Shown here: positions 52,441 through 64,000 of the stretch, in pieces
How positions within the stretch are numbered: the stretch's first letter is position 1
Layout: each line of letters begins with the position of its first letter
DNA from: Eledone cirrhosa
Lineage: Eukaryota
Assembly: GCA_964016885.1 (NCBI GenBank)
Contig: OZ024741.1
Coordinates: 165,230,001-165,294,000 of the forward strand
DNA: 64,000 nucleotides
Direction: 5' to 3'
Notes under the pieces: model-generated
Told to the model about the DNA's origin: nothing
The model's database searches: none
Seen by the model: the letters and a program-made list of their open reading frames with translations, nothing else
Translations under genes and position numbers: made by a program

Positions 52441-54138
52441 GTATTTTTATGTTTAATCAAGAGCTAAGAAAAATTTAGTATATAAATTACATAATATTCA
52501 TTCAGGATTTATTCAAAGTAATCCAACTTATTTTAATAATGTGATAAAAAAATTAACTCTGCCACAGTCTCGCAGTTCTCCAGTGGATTGGCAGTATCGG
52601 TAGAGGGTCGGACGCCTTGCTTTGCAGCATAGGGTTATGGCCCTTTATGGTCTCTGTTCAAATCCCGCCGAAGTTAACTTTGCCTTTCATCCTGATGGGG
52701 TTGATGAAATAAAGTACCAGTAATACACTGGGATAATTGCTGGCCTTGTGCCAAAAGTAGAAACAATTATAGTTTAGATTACTTTAATTGTTGTTCATGA
52801 GTTCAAATCCTGGGTTGGTGTATCTACACATATTCTAGTTGAAGTGGAACAAGCAACCAACATCATAAGTAACTAATTAAGCCTTACCATAGATTTGATA
52901 TTTCTGGACAGGTACTTAATTTTTAGGATGAAAATCAAAATTTAATTTAGCAGGACTTGGACTCTTTCAGAGACCCTAATTATACTGTCAGTTTGCAGGA
53001 GTTTTCATGTTTGATATTTTTATTTTGTGTCTTTTATTTTTTTAAATTCAATTCTATTTCCAAAGCAATATTTCAAGGGTGGTAGATTGGCAGCATCGGT
53101 GAAGCATAGGACAACCTGATTTATGGCATAGAGCTAAGGCCCATTACGATCTCAGTTCAAATCCTGTTGAGATTAACTTTACTTTTCATCCTTACGGGGG
53201 TCGATAAAATAAAGTACCAGTAATAAGCTGTGGTCGATTTAATCGCTTTCCCCTCCCTTAAAATGGTTGGCTGGCCTTGTGCCTAAATCAGAAACCAATA
53301 TTTCAATGAGCTATATACCAGAGGTTTGGTTATAAACAATAAGGTCAGATGTTCATTGCAGGTTCAAATGTCATCACTGCAGTAATTAGGGAGTGCCTCA
53401 CAACTAAGCCTTATAATGATGTGTCTCAGACTGCCTGGCTGACAACAAGCTTCACTTATACTTAATGGAACTTCAACATTTTCTACATACAGAATGTACC
53501 AATTTACCAATTTACATATGTGTGTGTAGAGAATGGGGGCAGAAAAAGAGAGAGGGGGAGACAGAAAGAGAGAGAGTGACAGTGAGGGAGAGAGATAGAG
53601 AGAGGAGGAGGGAGACAGAAAGTGGTAGAGTGACAGAAATAGGGAGAGAGGGAGAACAGGAAAATGGTATTCAAAGTCTTTCTAGAAGCTAGAAGTGTAT
53701 TTGGCAGAAGACATTAATGAAAGAAAGAGTTGAACTAACATTGAGTTAAAATCTCTGCCAGAGTAAGGAAAGAAAAAAAAGGTTAAAATGAAAAAAATAG
53801 CAAAAGGTATGTGTGAGAGAGAGAAAGAGAGTGAGAGACTGTGATTATGTTAGTGTGCATATGAGAGTATGTTAGTGAGCATGAGAGTGAGTACATGTGT
53901 GTGTTTGTGTGAATGTGTGTGAGAGACTGAGCGCATGTGAGAGTGTGTGTGTTTGAGAGTATGCATATGAGTATGTGTGTGTGTGTGTGTGCGCGAGTGT
54001 ATGAGTATAATAAAGTAAAAGAAACAAAAATATAACATAAAAGGAAATTTGTTGAGTGAAGTAGTATGGAGGAAATGGCTTTGTAGTATGGTGGTGGAAG
54101 ACTGGGGTAGAAAAATCGAACAAGGCGTTTATTGAATA

Positions 54139-55168
54139 ATGGTTTCTTATATAGGCACAAGGCCAGCAATTTTGGGGGAGGGGAAAGTCGAATAAAATTA
54201 TTCCAGTGTATTACTGGTACTTTATTTTATCGACCCCCGTAAGGATGAAGTGCAAAGTAAACCTCGGCGGGATTTAAACTCAGATCATAAAGGGCAATAA
54301 CTCTATGCTGCAAAGCATGGTGTCCGACCCTCTACTGATACTGCCATGATTTCTAGTATAGGCACAAGGCCAGTAATTAGGGGGGGAAGCCAATTAAATC
54401 GACCCCAGTGCATTATTGGTGCGTTATATTATAGACCCCGTAAGGATGAAAGGAAAAGTTAACCTCGGTGAGATTTGAACTCAGAACATAAAGGGCGGTG
54501 ACTCTATGTTGCAAAACATTGTCCGACACCCTACCGATTCTGCCAATCCAACGCTCTCTCATCAGGCAGTAATAATAATAATAATAATGGTTTCTGATTT
54601 AGGCACAAGGCCAGCAATCCTTGGGGAGGGGAAGGCCAAGTAAATCGACTCCAGTGCGTGACTGGTACTTTATTTTATCGACCTTGTAAAGATGAAAGGC
54701 AAAGCTAACCTCAACAGGATTTCGACTCAGAATGTAAAGGGTCATAACTATACCACAAAGCATGGCCAGCAATTAACCAGTGCATTACTGGTACTTTATT
54801 TTATCGACCCCGTAAGGATGAAAGGCAAAGTCAACCTCGGCGGGATTTGAACTCAGATCGTAAAGGGACGTAACTATGCTGGAAAGCATGGCATCCGACC
54901 CTCTACTGATACTGCCAATCCACCGCCCATACTAAATAATAATAATAATAATAATAATAATAATTTCTACATTAGGCACAAGGCCAGCAATTTTTGAGGG
55001 GAGGGGAAAGTCAATAAAATCAACTGCAGTACTTAACTGGTGCTTTTTATCAATCTGGGAAGGATGAAAGAGAAAGTTACCCTTGACATGATTTGAATTC
55101 AGAGTGCAGAGAGCCAGAAAGAGAGCCATTATATCCAATATTCTAATGACTTTGCCAATTCACCACCT
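54139..55168 (-). mobile_element. Head-to-tail cluster of five SINE family 1 copies
   Basis: Repeated AGGCACAAGGCCAG...GATGAAAGG...GCCAATCCA units separated by (AAT)n. Confidence 0.88.
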
Positions 55169-55936
55169 TAACAATTGCATATATTCAAATATTGCTATGC
55201 ACAGCACTTTTTTTGTGATTTCCATTCTTATTCCTTCATCAATTAACTGCATCATTCACTGTTTATTGATATAAAAACCTCTCACCAATAGTTTATTTCT
55301 ATCATAGTTGTGCTGTTGTTTCTTCTTACAAATTGTTGCAACATTGAATAAATATTTATATTCTTCATACATAAAGAGATCAAGCTGTTCGATAAAGGAT
55401 GTTTTCTCCCAGAACTTCTCTGACCAACCATAATAATATGTGATACATATTTATATATATATATGAGATCGAGTTTGTGTAGGTGTCACGGCAATAAACA
55501 CACAGTCCACACTGTAATGTGGCCATGTAGGTAACATGGTAAAAAGTTCCCAGTTCCACACTGTAAATGTGGTTGGTGTTAGGAAGGGCATCCAGCTGTA
55601 GAAAACCTGCCAGATAGCCCTATATGAGCGAGACACGGTCACCCGATCAGCCTTGCCTGAAGTGGGACAACTCCCGTCTAACCCATGCTAGCGTGGAAAA
55701 TGGACGTTAAACGAAGATGATGACAATGATATATATGTGTGTATGTGCATCAGATAACACTTTAAAATTACATACACATACACACAATACATTTCTCATC
55801 TCAGTTATGTTGCTATAAGAAGAAGTTTGCTTTCTAATCATAAGGTCCTGGGTTCTAAACCTACGTTTGTCCCTGTAAATAGTCATTTCTCTAAAGTTAC
55901 TCATACATTTAATCTTGTTTGTCCTGTGTGTGAGTA

Positions 55937-55984
<48 letters not shown>

Positions 55985-56441
55985 GAAGGAAATGTGGTAA
56001 GGAACCAGATGGACCATAACGCACCAAAGTACTCAATACTTAGGGTAGTAGAGTGGGTAATAGGAACAAGTATGACCCCGACGGGTCATACTTGTTCCTA
56101 TATATAAATATATATATATGCTGAACATTCACGTAATTATATCCTCAAAATAAATTATCAAAATATTCTCATCTTTAATCATGTCCACATGTCAGTAATC
56201 AGCATAAATTATAGGTCTTCTCTTATGCAAACAATTTACCAAAATGCAAATTTCACAGTTTATATGATTGTTCATATATCAGGTAATCTAGGTGTGTATA
56301 TATATATATATATATATTTTCATTTATATATATATATATATATATATCTTATATATATATATATATATATATGGCATATGAATCCTTGACTCCAAAAATG
56401 AAATATGTTCAATGTAATTGCCATCATTATTGACAGCACTA

Positions 56442-56658
56442 GGGTGGTGGATTGGCAGTATCGGTAGAGAGTTGGACACCATGCTTTGCAGCATAGAGTT
56501 ACGGCCCTTTATGGTCTGAGTTCAAATCCCGCCGAGGTTAACTTTGCCTTTCATCCTTACGGGGTCGATAAAATAAAGTACCAGTCACGTACTGAGGTCG
56601 ATTTAATTGACTTTCCCCTCCCCCCAAATTACTGGCCTCGTGCTTATACTAGAAATCA
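56442..56658 (+). mobile_element. SINE family 1 copy with 18-bp TSD; others at 58240-58410 (-) and 60186-60356 (+)
   Basis: TSD ATCATTATTGACAGCACT at 56423 and 56655; the 60186 copy has TSD ATTATTTGTCATTGTTAT. Confidence 0.88.
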
Positions 56659-56899
56659 TTATTGACAGCACTGGTGCACCAGTTTGTGAATAAATCTACA
56701 ATGACAAAGTAAATAACATTTATACTCATGAATAAGTAACACATTTTTCTACAAAAATATATTAAGAACTACCATGCACCTTATCTACTGGAACTACACA
56801 TCAATACAAATCATATACTGAACCAAGAGTTGTATCTAAAATGGCAGTGTAACTTATACTTGAGTATATATGGTAACTTAATATATTTATAAATGGATG

Positions 56900-57229
56900 T
56901 ACAATGTTAATGTGCATGAACGAAAAAGCATGAAGAAACTGAGAGGAATCAGATGCAGTGTGCAAGATAGAAGACTGTGCTGGAATGGACATGTGATGCA
57001 TATGGATGATGATCATTGGGCTTAGAAAAGCCAAGAAACCCCAAAGGAAGGAAATTGCAGTAGGTGACCAAGAAAGACCTTGGAAGAGGTGGTGAACTCA
57101 GATCTAAAATCTCTGAAGCTCACAGAGAAGATGATGAATGAATGTAATGAGTGGAGGGGTGCTATGCTGAAAAATTCCTGTCTAACCCTTGCAAGCATGG
57201 AAAAGTAGATGTAAAATAAAGATGATGAT
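56900..57229 (+). mobile_element. Degenerate RTE LINE family B-like 3' fragment
   Basis: Recognisable GGACATGTGATGCA and CTGAAGCTCAC segments and the CCCTTGCAAGCATGG terminal hairpin. Confidence 0.75.
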
Positions 57230-59344
57230 ATATGCTAGACCTTTGTTGGATCCAATGGCAAGTGTTCCAGTTATTTTATCAAAGGAAATGGAACAGATTG
57301 CTCATGTAAATAGCTGAACATTCAACAAACACTTGTACTCTTAACTCTTTGCCATTCACATTACTCTATATATACTACTGTATTTTCGTGATAAAGGCTT
57401 TACCTCACATAATTATCTCACATAATATCGAATTTATGAGATCTTGATATTATTTACTTTGAGAACATTACCTTAACATCAGTATTAGAGCCAGTTACGG
57501 CTGGTTTGAACAGAAAGAGGTGCGAGAACTCTGACTGGATATGGCCGGTTTAAATGCTAAAGGAATAACACAGTTCTCAGAGAGATTCAGGAGGAGATGG
57601 CAACAAGGCTGACCTTTGAATATCAGGTACAACTCATTTTTGTCAGCTGGGTGGACTGGAGCAACAAGAAATAAAGTGTCATTCTTAAGGACACATGCCA
57701 CCTAAGCTAGGAATCAAACACACCTTTACAATTGTGAGTCCAGCACACTAATCAATATGCTACATGCCTTCACAAAGGGGTTAATTAAAGAAAGCTATAT
57801 GGCTGCCAATTAAGTATTCTACCAAACCAAAAAATAAACTATAAGATCCAATAATAATAAATGACATTTATAATCCAGCTTTCAGAACTGAGATGTATGT
57901 ATGGATCTATCACTTCTGGTAGAATCATTGGGGCATAGTAGTGACATACAGCTTGTCTTGGGCACTTTAACCCTTTAGTATTTACATAATATATACTAAT
58001 GTATTTTCACGGTAATGGCTTTATCTCAAATAATATTGAATCTATGAGATTTTGATATTATTTATTTTGAGAATACCTTAACCAGTTATGGCCAGTTTGA
58101 AGAGAAAGAGGTGAGAGAGTTCTGGCCAGATACGGCCGGTTTAAATGCTAAAGGGTTAAACTTGTCAGAACCCATCCCTCTCCAGATCTGAACACAGTTG
58201 ATTTCTTCTAGAAGAGACAGTGTTATAGAGGGGGAGTAAGTGATATAGAAGAAGAATCAACCTCAGTATTTGACTGGTACCTTTTTTATCAACCGTGAAT
58301 GGATAAAAGGCAAAGTTGGCTTTGATGGGATTTGAACCCAAAACACAAATAGCTGAAACAAATAACGTAAAGCATTCTATCTGACATTCTAACCACTCTG
58401 CCAATATACCTCCCCATATCTGACATAGATTCAGTGTATGTGCAGCAAACACTGAAGGCATCTGGTGATGTCTTTCAATTCTATGTTAGTCTAAGCTGCT
58501 TTATTCAATGTCTCTATAAGCTTAATTCTGACTTTGTTATTATCAATCCATGACAGTGGATCTTTCAACTATCACTACCACCAAACGATCATCATGACTA
58601 CCACCATCATCATAACCACAAACACCACTATCATCAGCACCATCACTACCGCCACCATAATTTTATCACTATCATCAACACAATTATCATCATTATCATC
58701 ATAAATACTCTAAAAGATGATCACTACATAATGAAAAGAAGAAGAAACAGTATATTTAATTCAATATGCCATTCTTATTTCAGTTTAATATTATTGATTT
58801 AAACTGAGATCAATAGTGGTGGGCGAGCCAATGAAACACTGATTGGAATGTATTTACAATATCTAGAGATCAATGGAAAATGGCAAACCAGCAAATCGCT
58901 GATCCCAATGATTTCCAGAATTTAGTTTCATCCCACATGTTTGTCGGAGATAAAGAACTCACCTGTTTTTTTTTATCTCTTGTGCACCTAGTATTAATAT
59001 AAATACCAGAGAAATATGAGGTCAATTTCCTAGATCTATTTGGATAGAATAGCAAAATTGCTTAATGATAATTCCTTTGTAGCAATCTTTTTAGAATTGG
59101 AGTCTTCCTATATCTAATAATAATAATAATGAAAATTATTGTGTACAGTGCTCAGGTGCACTACAACTCATCAAAGGTGAGAATAATGTACAAATGTCAA
59201 GAAAGCGAAGAGTGTACGAGTCATGATATACATACAGATACACACAGACACATGCATGCATTTATATGGAGGGGGATATCAGGTGTAGTGCTGGCAAATT
59301 TTGGGAAGCATGGAAGTTTTGAAGGATGCAGTACCCTGACAGTG

Positions 59345-60110
59345 TCTCACTCTATCTAAACTCTCCTTATATCTAGAGTGTCCCTCCCTCTATCTTGAGT
59401 GTCCTTATATTTAGAGTCTCACTATTTCTAGAATGTTCCTATATCTAAAGTGTCCTTCCCTCTATCTAAAGTGTCATATTTAACCCTTTAGCATTTAAAC
59501 CGACCATAGATGGCCAGAATTCTCTCACCTCTTTCTGTTCAAACTGGCTGTAATTGCTGCTCATCCAACATTAAGGTATTGTTCCCAAAATAAATGATAT
59601 CAAAAGCTCATAGATTCGATATTATGTAAGATAATTGTGACATAAAGCCTTTACTGCGAATATACAATAGTATATATAGAGTAATGTGAATGCTAAAGGG
59701 TTAGAGTCTCACTATTTCTAGAATGTTTCTATATCTAAAGTGTCCCCCGCCCCCCTCTATCTAGAGTGTCCCTATATTTAGAGTCTTACCATTTCTAGAA
59801 TGTCCTTATATCTAGAGTTCTCGCTATATCTGTAATTTCCTTATTTTACACCTTATATCTGGAGTCTCCTTACATCTGGAGTGTCCTTATATCTGTATCT
59901 AAGTTTCCCTATATCTGGAATGTCCCTATATCTAGAGTATCACTATATCTGGTCTCCCCTACCTGTAATCTCCCTCTATCCAGAATCTCCCTATGCCTGG
60001 TGTGTACCCATATCTGAAGTTTCCTTATATCAGGATTGTCCCTTTTTCCAGTGACTCCCTATCTCTAGAGTCTCCCAATTTCTGGGGCTTCCCTCAATCT
60101 AAATTTCAGT
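59345..60110. repeat. Degenerate tandem repeat of about 17-20 bp (CCTTATATCTAGAGTGT), interrupted by a piggyBac-type MITE
   Basis: More than 20 recurrences of TATATCT(A/G)GA-like cores. Confidence 0.7.
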
Positions 60111-62105
60111 AGTAGTATTAAAAGATATCACAACTCCACAGGACAACTAACATACTTAAAGATATACATTATTTGTCATTGTTATATCGGTAGAGGGTCG
60201 GACGCCATGCTTTCCAGCATAGTGACGTCCCTTTACGATCTGAGTTCAAATCCCGCCGAGGTTGACTTTGCCTTTCATCCTTACGGGGGTCGATAAAATA
60301 AAGTACCAGTAATGCACTGGGTAATTGCTGGCCTTGTGCCTAAAGTAGAAACAATTATTTGTCATTGTTATTGTTAATTCCCAAGGTTAGCTCCAGTTCA
60401 GCAGACACATGAAGACTTTCCAGCCATGACCATCCCGTTTTTAAATTTTTTTTTATTGAGACATATATATCTGTCAGGATCAAGCTAGGCTTGGCCTGGC
60501 CCAAGTGAGACCGGCGGACAGAAACACATGGAGCAGGACACTAAGGAACACTGTCAGGCAAGGCACACTCCTACTTAGGGATTAATCGTGTCCTGCATAA
60601 TAAAAAAAAAATGAATGATGATGATATCCTTTATATCTATACTACAGACATCACTTGCAACTGAGTATTATTTAGTAATATGGACTATGCTGTTGCTAAG
60701 AGTCTGAGGTGCCTATACAGTTGTGAGCAGGCACAGACACCATCTCTCAACCCTCTTTTTTATTTTTGATCAAGCAGAACATCCAGGATAGGACAGCTAA
60801 AAGGAAAATGAACTGCACCAGCACAGAACTGGTACATTCTTTTTTCGCCAATACAGCTTTTAGCAGTGCGAGAAAGAGTTTTGGCTGCTGTTTCTAGCAG
60901 ATGAAGTGACCACATGTAAAGACTCCCTTGGTGGTTCAAGATTTGTTATTTCATTACTTTTATTATAGTTTATTGAATTACTACAACCAAAACAAATTAT
61001 AAACACTATACAAAGTATATATTTCTTTTCGCATAGTAATTAAAGTATTGTGTTTTTTCGGACAAACTCATGCTTGCATCAGTGAATCTGACAGAACAAG
61101 TCCTACTCTTCATGGTTGAGTGAAGTGAAATGAAGTGAAGGGTAATCAACTGTAAAATTATTCGTTCCAACAATTTTGAATGTACAAACTGACTAAAGAC
61201 TTCCTAACTATGATAGCCAAAGAAGTGGAAGAAAAAAAAAACATGTAAAACAACTGTAAAAGATATTAAAAATGTGATTAATAAATATTTTATCTGATAC
61301 AAGCAAAATACAAATATGATCTATAATTTGTAAATAAATAAACTTAATGAATGAGACTATATTTGAATAGAAAGGCAAATAAAAGTATATAATAACCATC
61401 AAACATGTAGACTTAGTTTAAATTGAAGTGGTATTGGGTAGGGGGAGATAACTATACTAAGTATACCAGTAACATACTTAGACGGTAACACCAAGTGATG
61501 GGTGATGAGTGCTGTTGAATTGATGATGAAAGGCAATTACAATAATCAAATGTATTTGAAGAGATGACTACTAGGAAACAAATGGCTATGGTTATGAGAA
61601 CATAGAACTAAAATCCCACCAAGGTAAACTTTGCCTTTCATTCTTTTGGGGACCAATACAATAGAATACCAGTCCAAAGCAGAGGATTGGCAGAGATAGT
61701 AGAGTGATTTGCTTTGTGTTATTTATTCAAACTCTGAGAATTCTGAGAGTTCAAATCCCATCATGGCCTACTTGGGTAATAGATATAATCTGTAATATAG
61801 TTTAACATCACTACATGGCCCTTAGCTACTTTTTAGTGGAGTCCATTTTGTTGCAATCATTCAGATTACATTAACAGTTTGAGAATACCTTCTTCCCTAC
61901 ATTCCACCATTCACAAAGGTTCTGAAAAAAAAACGTAGGCACTACCCTTTCGTGCCTGACTAAACAGTAAAAATAAATAAATAAATAAGCAAACAAACAA
62001 TATTAGATTGTATGTTTATGGCTGATACATGTTGAATAAAGAAAGAGCATGAACATGGATAAATTAAAGCTCCAACGTCTAGCAACTGACTTGGTAGACA
62101 CCCAC

Positions 62106-62483
62106 AAAATTATTATCCAACAACAACTCTGAGCACCATTTTGAATTCCATGTGTCTAACATCTGTGGACATGCTTACAAAAATCAGAAAACAGTACAGC
62201 TCCCATGATTTTCGGAAACATTTTTTGATGCTCAGAGTTGCTGAAGCATAAAACAAACTATCAGCATCAGTTGTTAGTTGTCGGGACACTGCATCGTTCA
62301 AAAGTTCCATGCTTCCCGAAATTTGCCAACACTACACCTGATATTCCCCCTCCATACACATGTGTGTGTGTATATCATGACTCACGCACTGTTCCCTTTC
62401 CTGACATTTGTATATTATTACTATACATGCATATTTGATGAGTAGTAGTGCACCTGAGCACTGTACACAATAATTTTCATTAT
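62106..62483 (+). mobile_element. CR1-clade LINE 3' end
   Basis: GHAYK...DFRKHFLMLRVAEA*NKLSASVVSCRDTASFK matches the CR1 ORF2 terminus; UTR ends GTGCACCTGAGCACTGTACACAATAATTTTCATTAT. Other copies at 59116-59343 (-) and 35232-35472 (+, two). Confidence 0.75.
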
Positions 62484-62817
62484 AAAACTGTTGCTGTCCC
62501 TTGAAGCTTTTGTAAGCTAGTTTTAAACCTTAGAATGGTGGTGGTCACAGCCAAGGCGACACATGATAAAGACCTCATGGAGAGATATTATATATAAAAT
62601 ATATTCTATCTGACATTAAAACAAGGCTGTCCCAATCCCAGTGGTTCATCAGGCCAGACCTAAATATGGCTTTAATGGCAATAAGTGACTATGAATAAAA
62701 GATACACATGTGATGGGACATAAATCCATCACACGGTTACTCCCTAGCTGCTGGTATTGATTTTAAATTGAGTGGACTGGAGCAACATGAAATGAAGAGT
62801 TTTCTTCAAGAACACAT

Positions 62818-63148
62818 GGAGGCACATAGCTTAGTGGTTTGAGCAATCGAAAAGTTGTGAGTTCAATTCTCAGACCGGGTGATGTGTTGTTTCCTTGAGC
62901 AAGACACTTTATTTCACATTGCTCCAGTTTACTCAGCTGTAGAAATGAGATGATAGGGTCTGGGGTCCCTATCATTCCACTGCAACGTGGTTGTGGAGGT
63001 GCCACAGCAAAAAAAAAGCACCCAGCCCACACTGTAAATGAGGTTGGTGTTAGGAAGGGCATCCAGCTGTAGAAATCAAGCCAGAATCAGTTCCCGTCCC
63101 ACCCTTGCAAGCAGGGAAAAGCGGATGTAAAATGATGATGATGATGAT
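62818..63148 (+). mobile_element. SINE family 2: tRNA head, CORE-like domain, RTE-derived tail; copies at 37785-38098 (-) and 24786-25012 (+, truncated)
   Basis: A-box TAGCTTAGTGG, B-box GTTCAATTC, CCTTGAGCAAGACACTT segment; 3' end CCCGTCCCACCCTTGCAAGCAGGGAAAAGCGGA.GTAAAA(TGA)n matches LINE family B. Confidence 0.85.
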
Positions 63149-63309
63149 GAACACAACACATCACTTCATCAAGAAATTGAACCCACAACGACCATATGTC
63201 CAACATCCTATACACGAGCCGAAGCTTAGGGGAGAAACTACATTATGGCAATGACAATAACATTGTGGATGATAATGAGGCTGATGGTATTATTGTAGGT
63301 GATAAATAA

Positions 63310-64000
63310 GGTGGTGGATTGACAGTATCGGTAGAGGGTTGGACGCCATGCTTTGCAGCATAGAGTTATGGCCCTTTATGATCTGAGTTTAAATCTCGCC
63401 AAGGTTAACTTTGCCTTTCATCCTTAGGGGGTCGATAAAATAAAGTACCAGTCACGTACTGGGGCCAATTTAATCGACTCTCCCCTCTCCCCAAAATTGC
63501 TGGCTTTGTGACTATATAAGAAACCATTATTGTAGTTGATAATAATTGTTTCTACTTTTGGCACAAGGCCATCTGTTACCCCAGTGTATTACTGGTACTT
63601 TATTTTATCGACCCCGTAAGGATGAAAGGCAAAGTTAACCTCGGTGGGATTTGAACTCAGAATGGCAAGGGCCGTAACTCAATGCGTCAAAGCATGGTGT
63701 CCGACCCTCTACCGATACTGCCAATCCACTGCTGATAATAATGATTTCTACTTTAAGTAGAAGGCCAGTGATTTAATGGTGAGGGGGAAGTCAAATATAT
63801 GATTACAGGTACTTTATTTTATCGACCCCAAAGGAGAGAGGCAAAGCTAACTTCAGTGGAATTCGAACTCAGAATATAAAGGGCCATAACTATGCTGCGA
63901 AGCAGGGTCTCCGACACTCTAACAATACTGCTAATCCACCACCCTGATAATAATAATAATAATTGTTTCTACTTTTGGCACAAGGCCAGCAATTACCCAG
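63310..64000. mobile_element. SINE family 1 cluster: one plus copy (63310-63528) abutting minus copies (63543-63731, 63743-63943, 63961-end)
   Basis: Motifs as above in both orientations. Confidence 0.88.

Noticed and set aside
58963-58987. Possible minus-strand micro-exon (TAG|GTGCACAAGAGATAAAAAAAAACAG|GTGAGT)
   Set aside because: 25 nt breaks the frame unless the A9 run is an assembly error, and the acceptor is weak; needs RNA-seq.
60878-60901. Plus-strand VLAAVSSR resembling the CASK GAVLAAVSS exon
   Set aside because: Wrong strand relative to the CASK exon, a stop follows immediately, and the flanks do not match.

Overview
Repeat-saturated, AT-rich animal DNA. The repeat repertoire (RTE LINEs with (GAT)n tails, tRNA-derived SINEs, long (TA)n tracts) suggests a coleoid cephalopod such as octopus; this is inference. 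Only one host exon is recognisable: a 122-nt minus-strand exon (13057-13178) encoding the first L27 domain of CASK/LIN-2, so the window is most likely two very large CASK introns. These hold about 11 RTE-LINE copies (one near full length, with a PHD-type finger inside the RT region), a decayed autonomous Helitron and derivatives, about 25 tRNA-SINEs, piggyBac- and Tc1-type MITEs, CR1 fragments and Penelope-like element (PLE) remnants. The most interesting signal, invisible in the ORF track, is a dispersed set of type I hammerhead ribozyme (HHR) motifs in small (TA)n-associated insertions: about five with complete cores plus several decayed ones. One sits in a 391-nt terminally redundant, retrozyme-like unit, and a family of fold-back palindromes appears to be half-hammerheads. 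A candidate stop-containing 66-nt cassette or alternative terminal exon lies just downstream of the CASK exon. All folds were read by eye; no software or database search was run.
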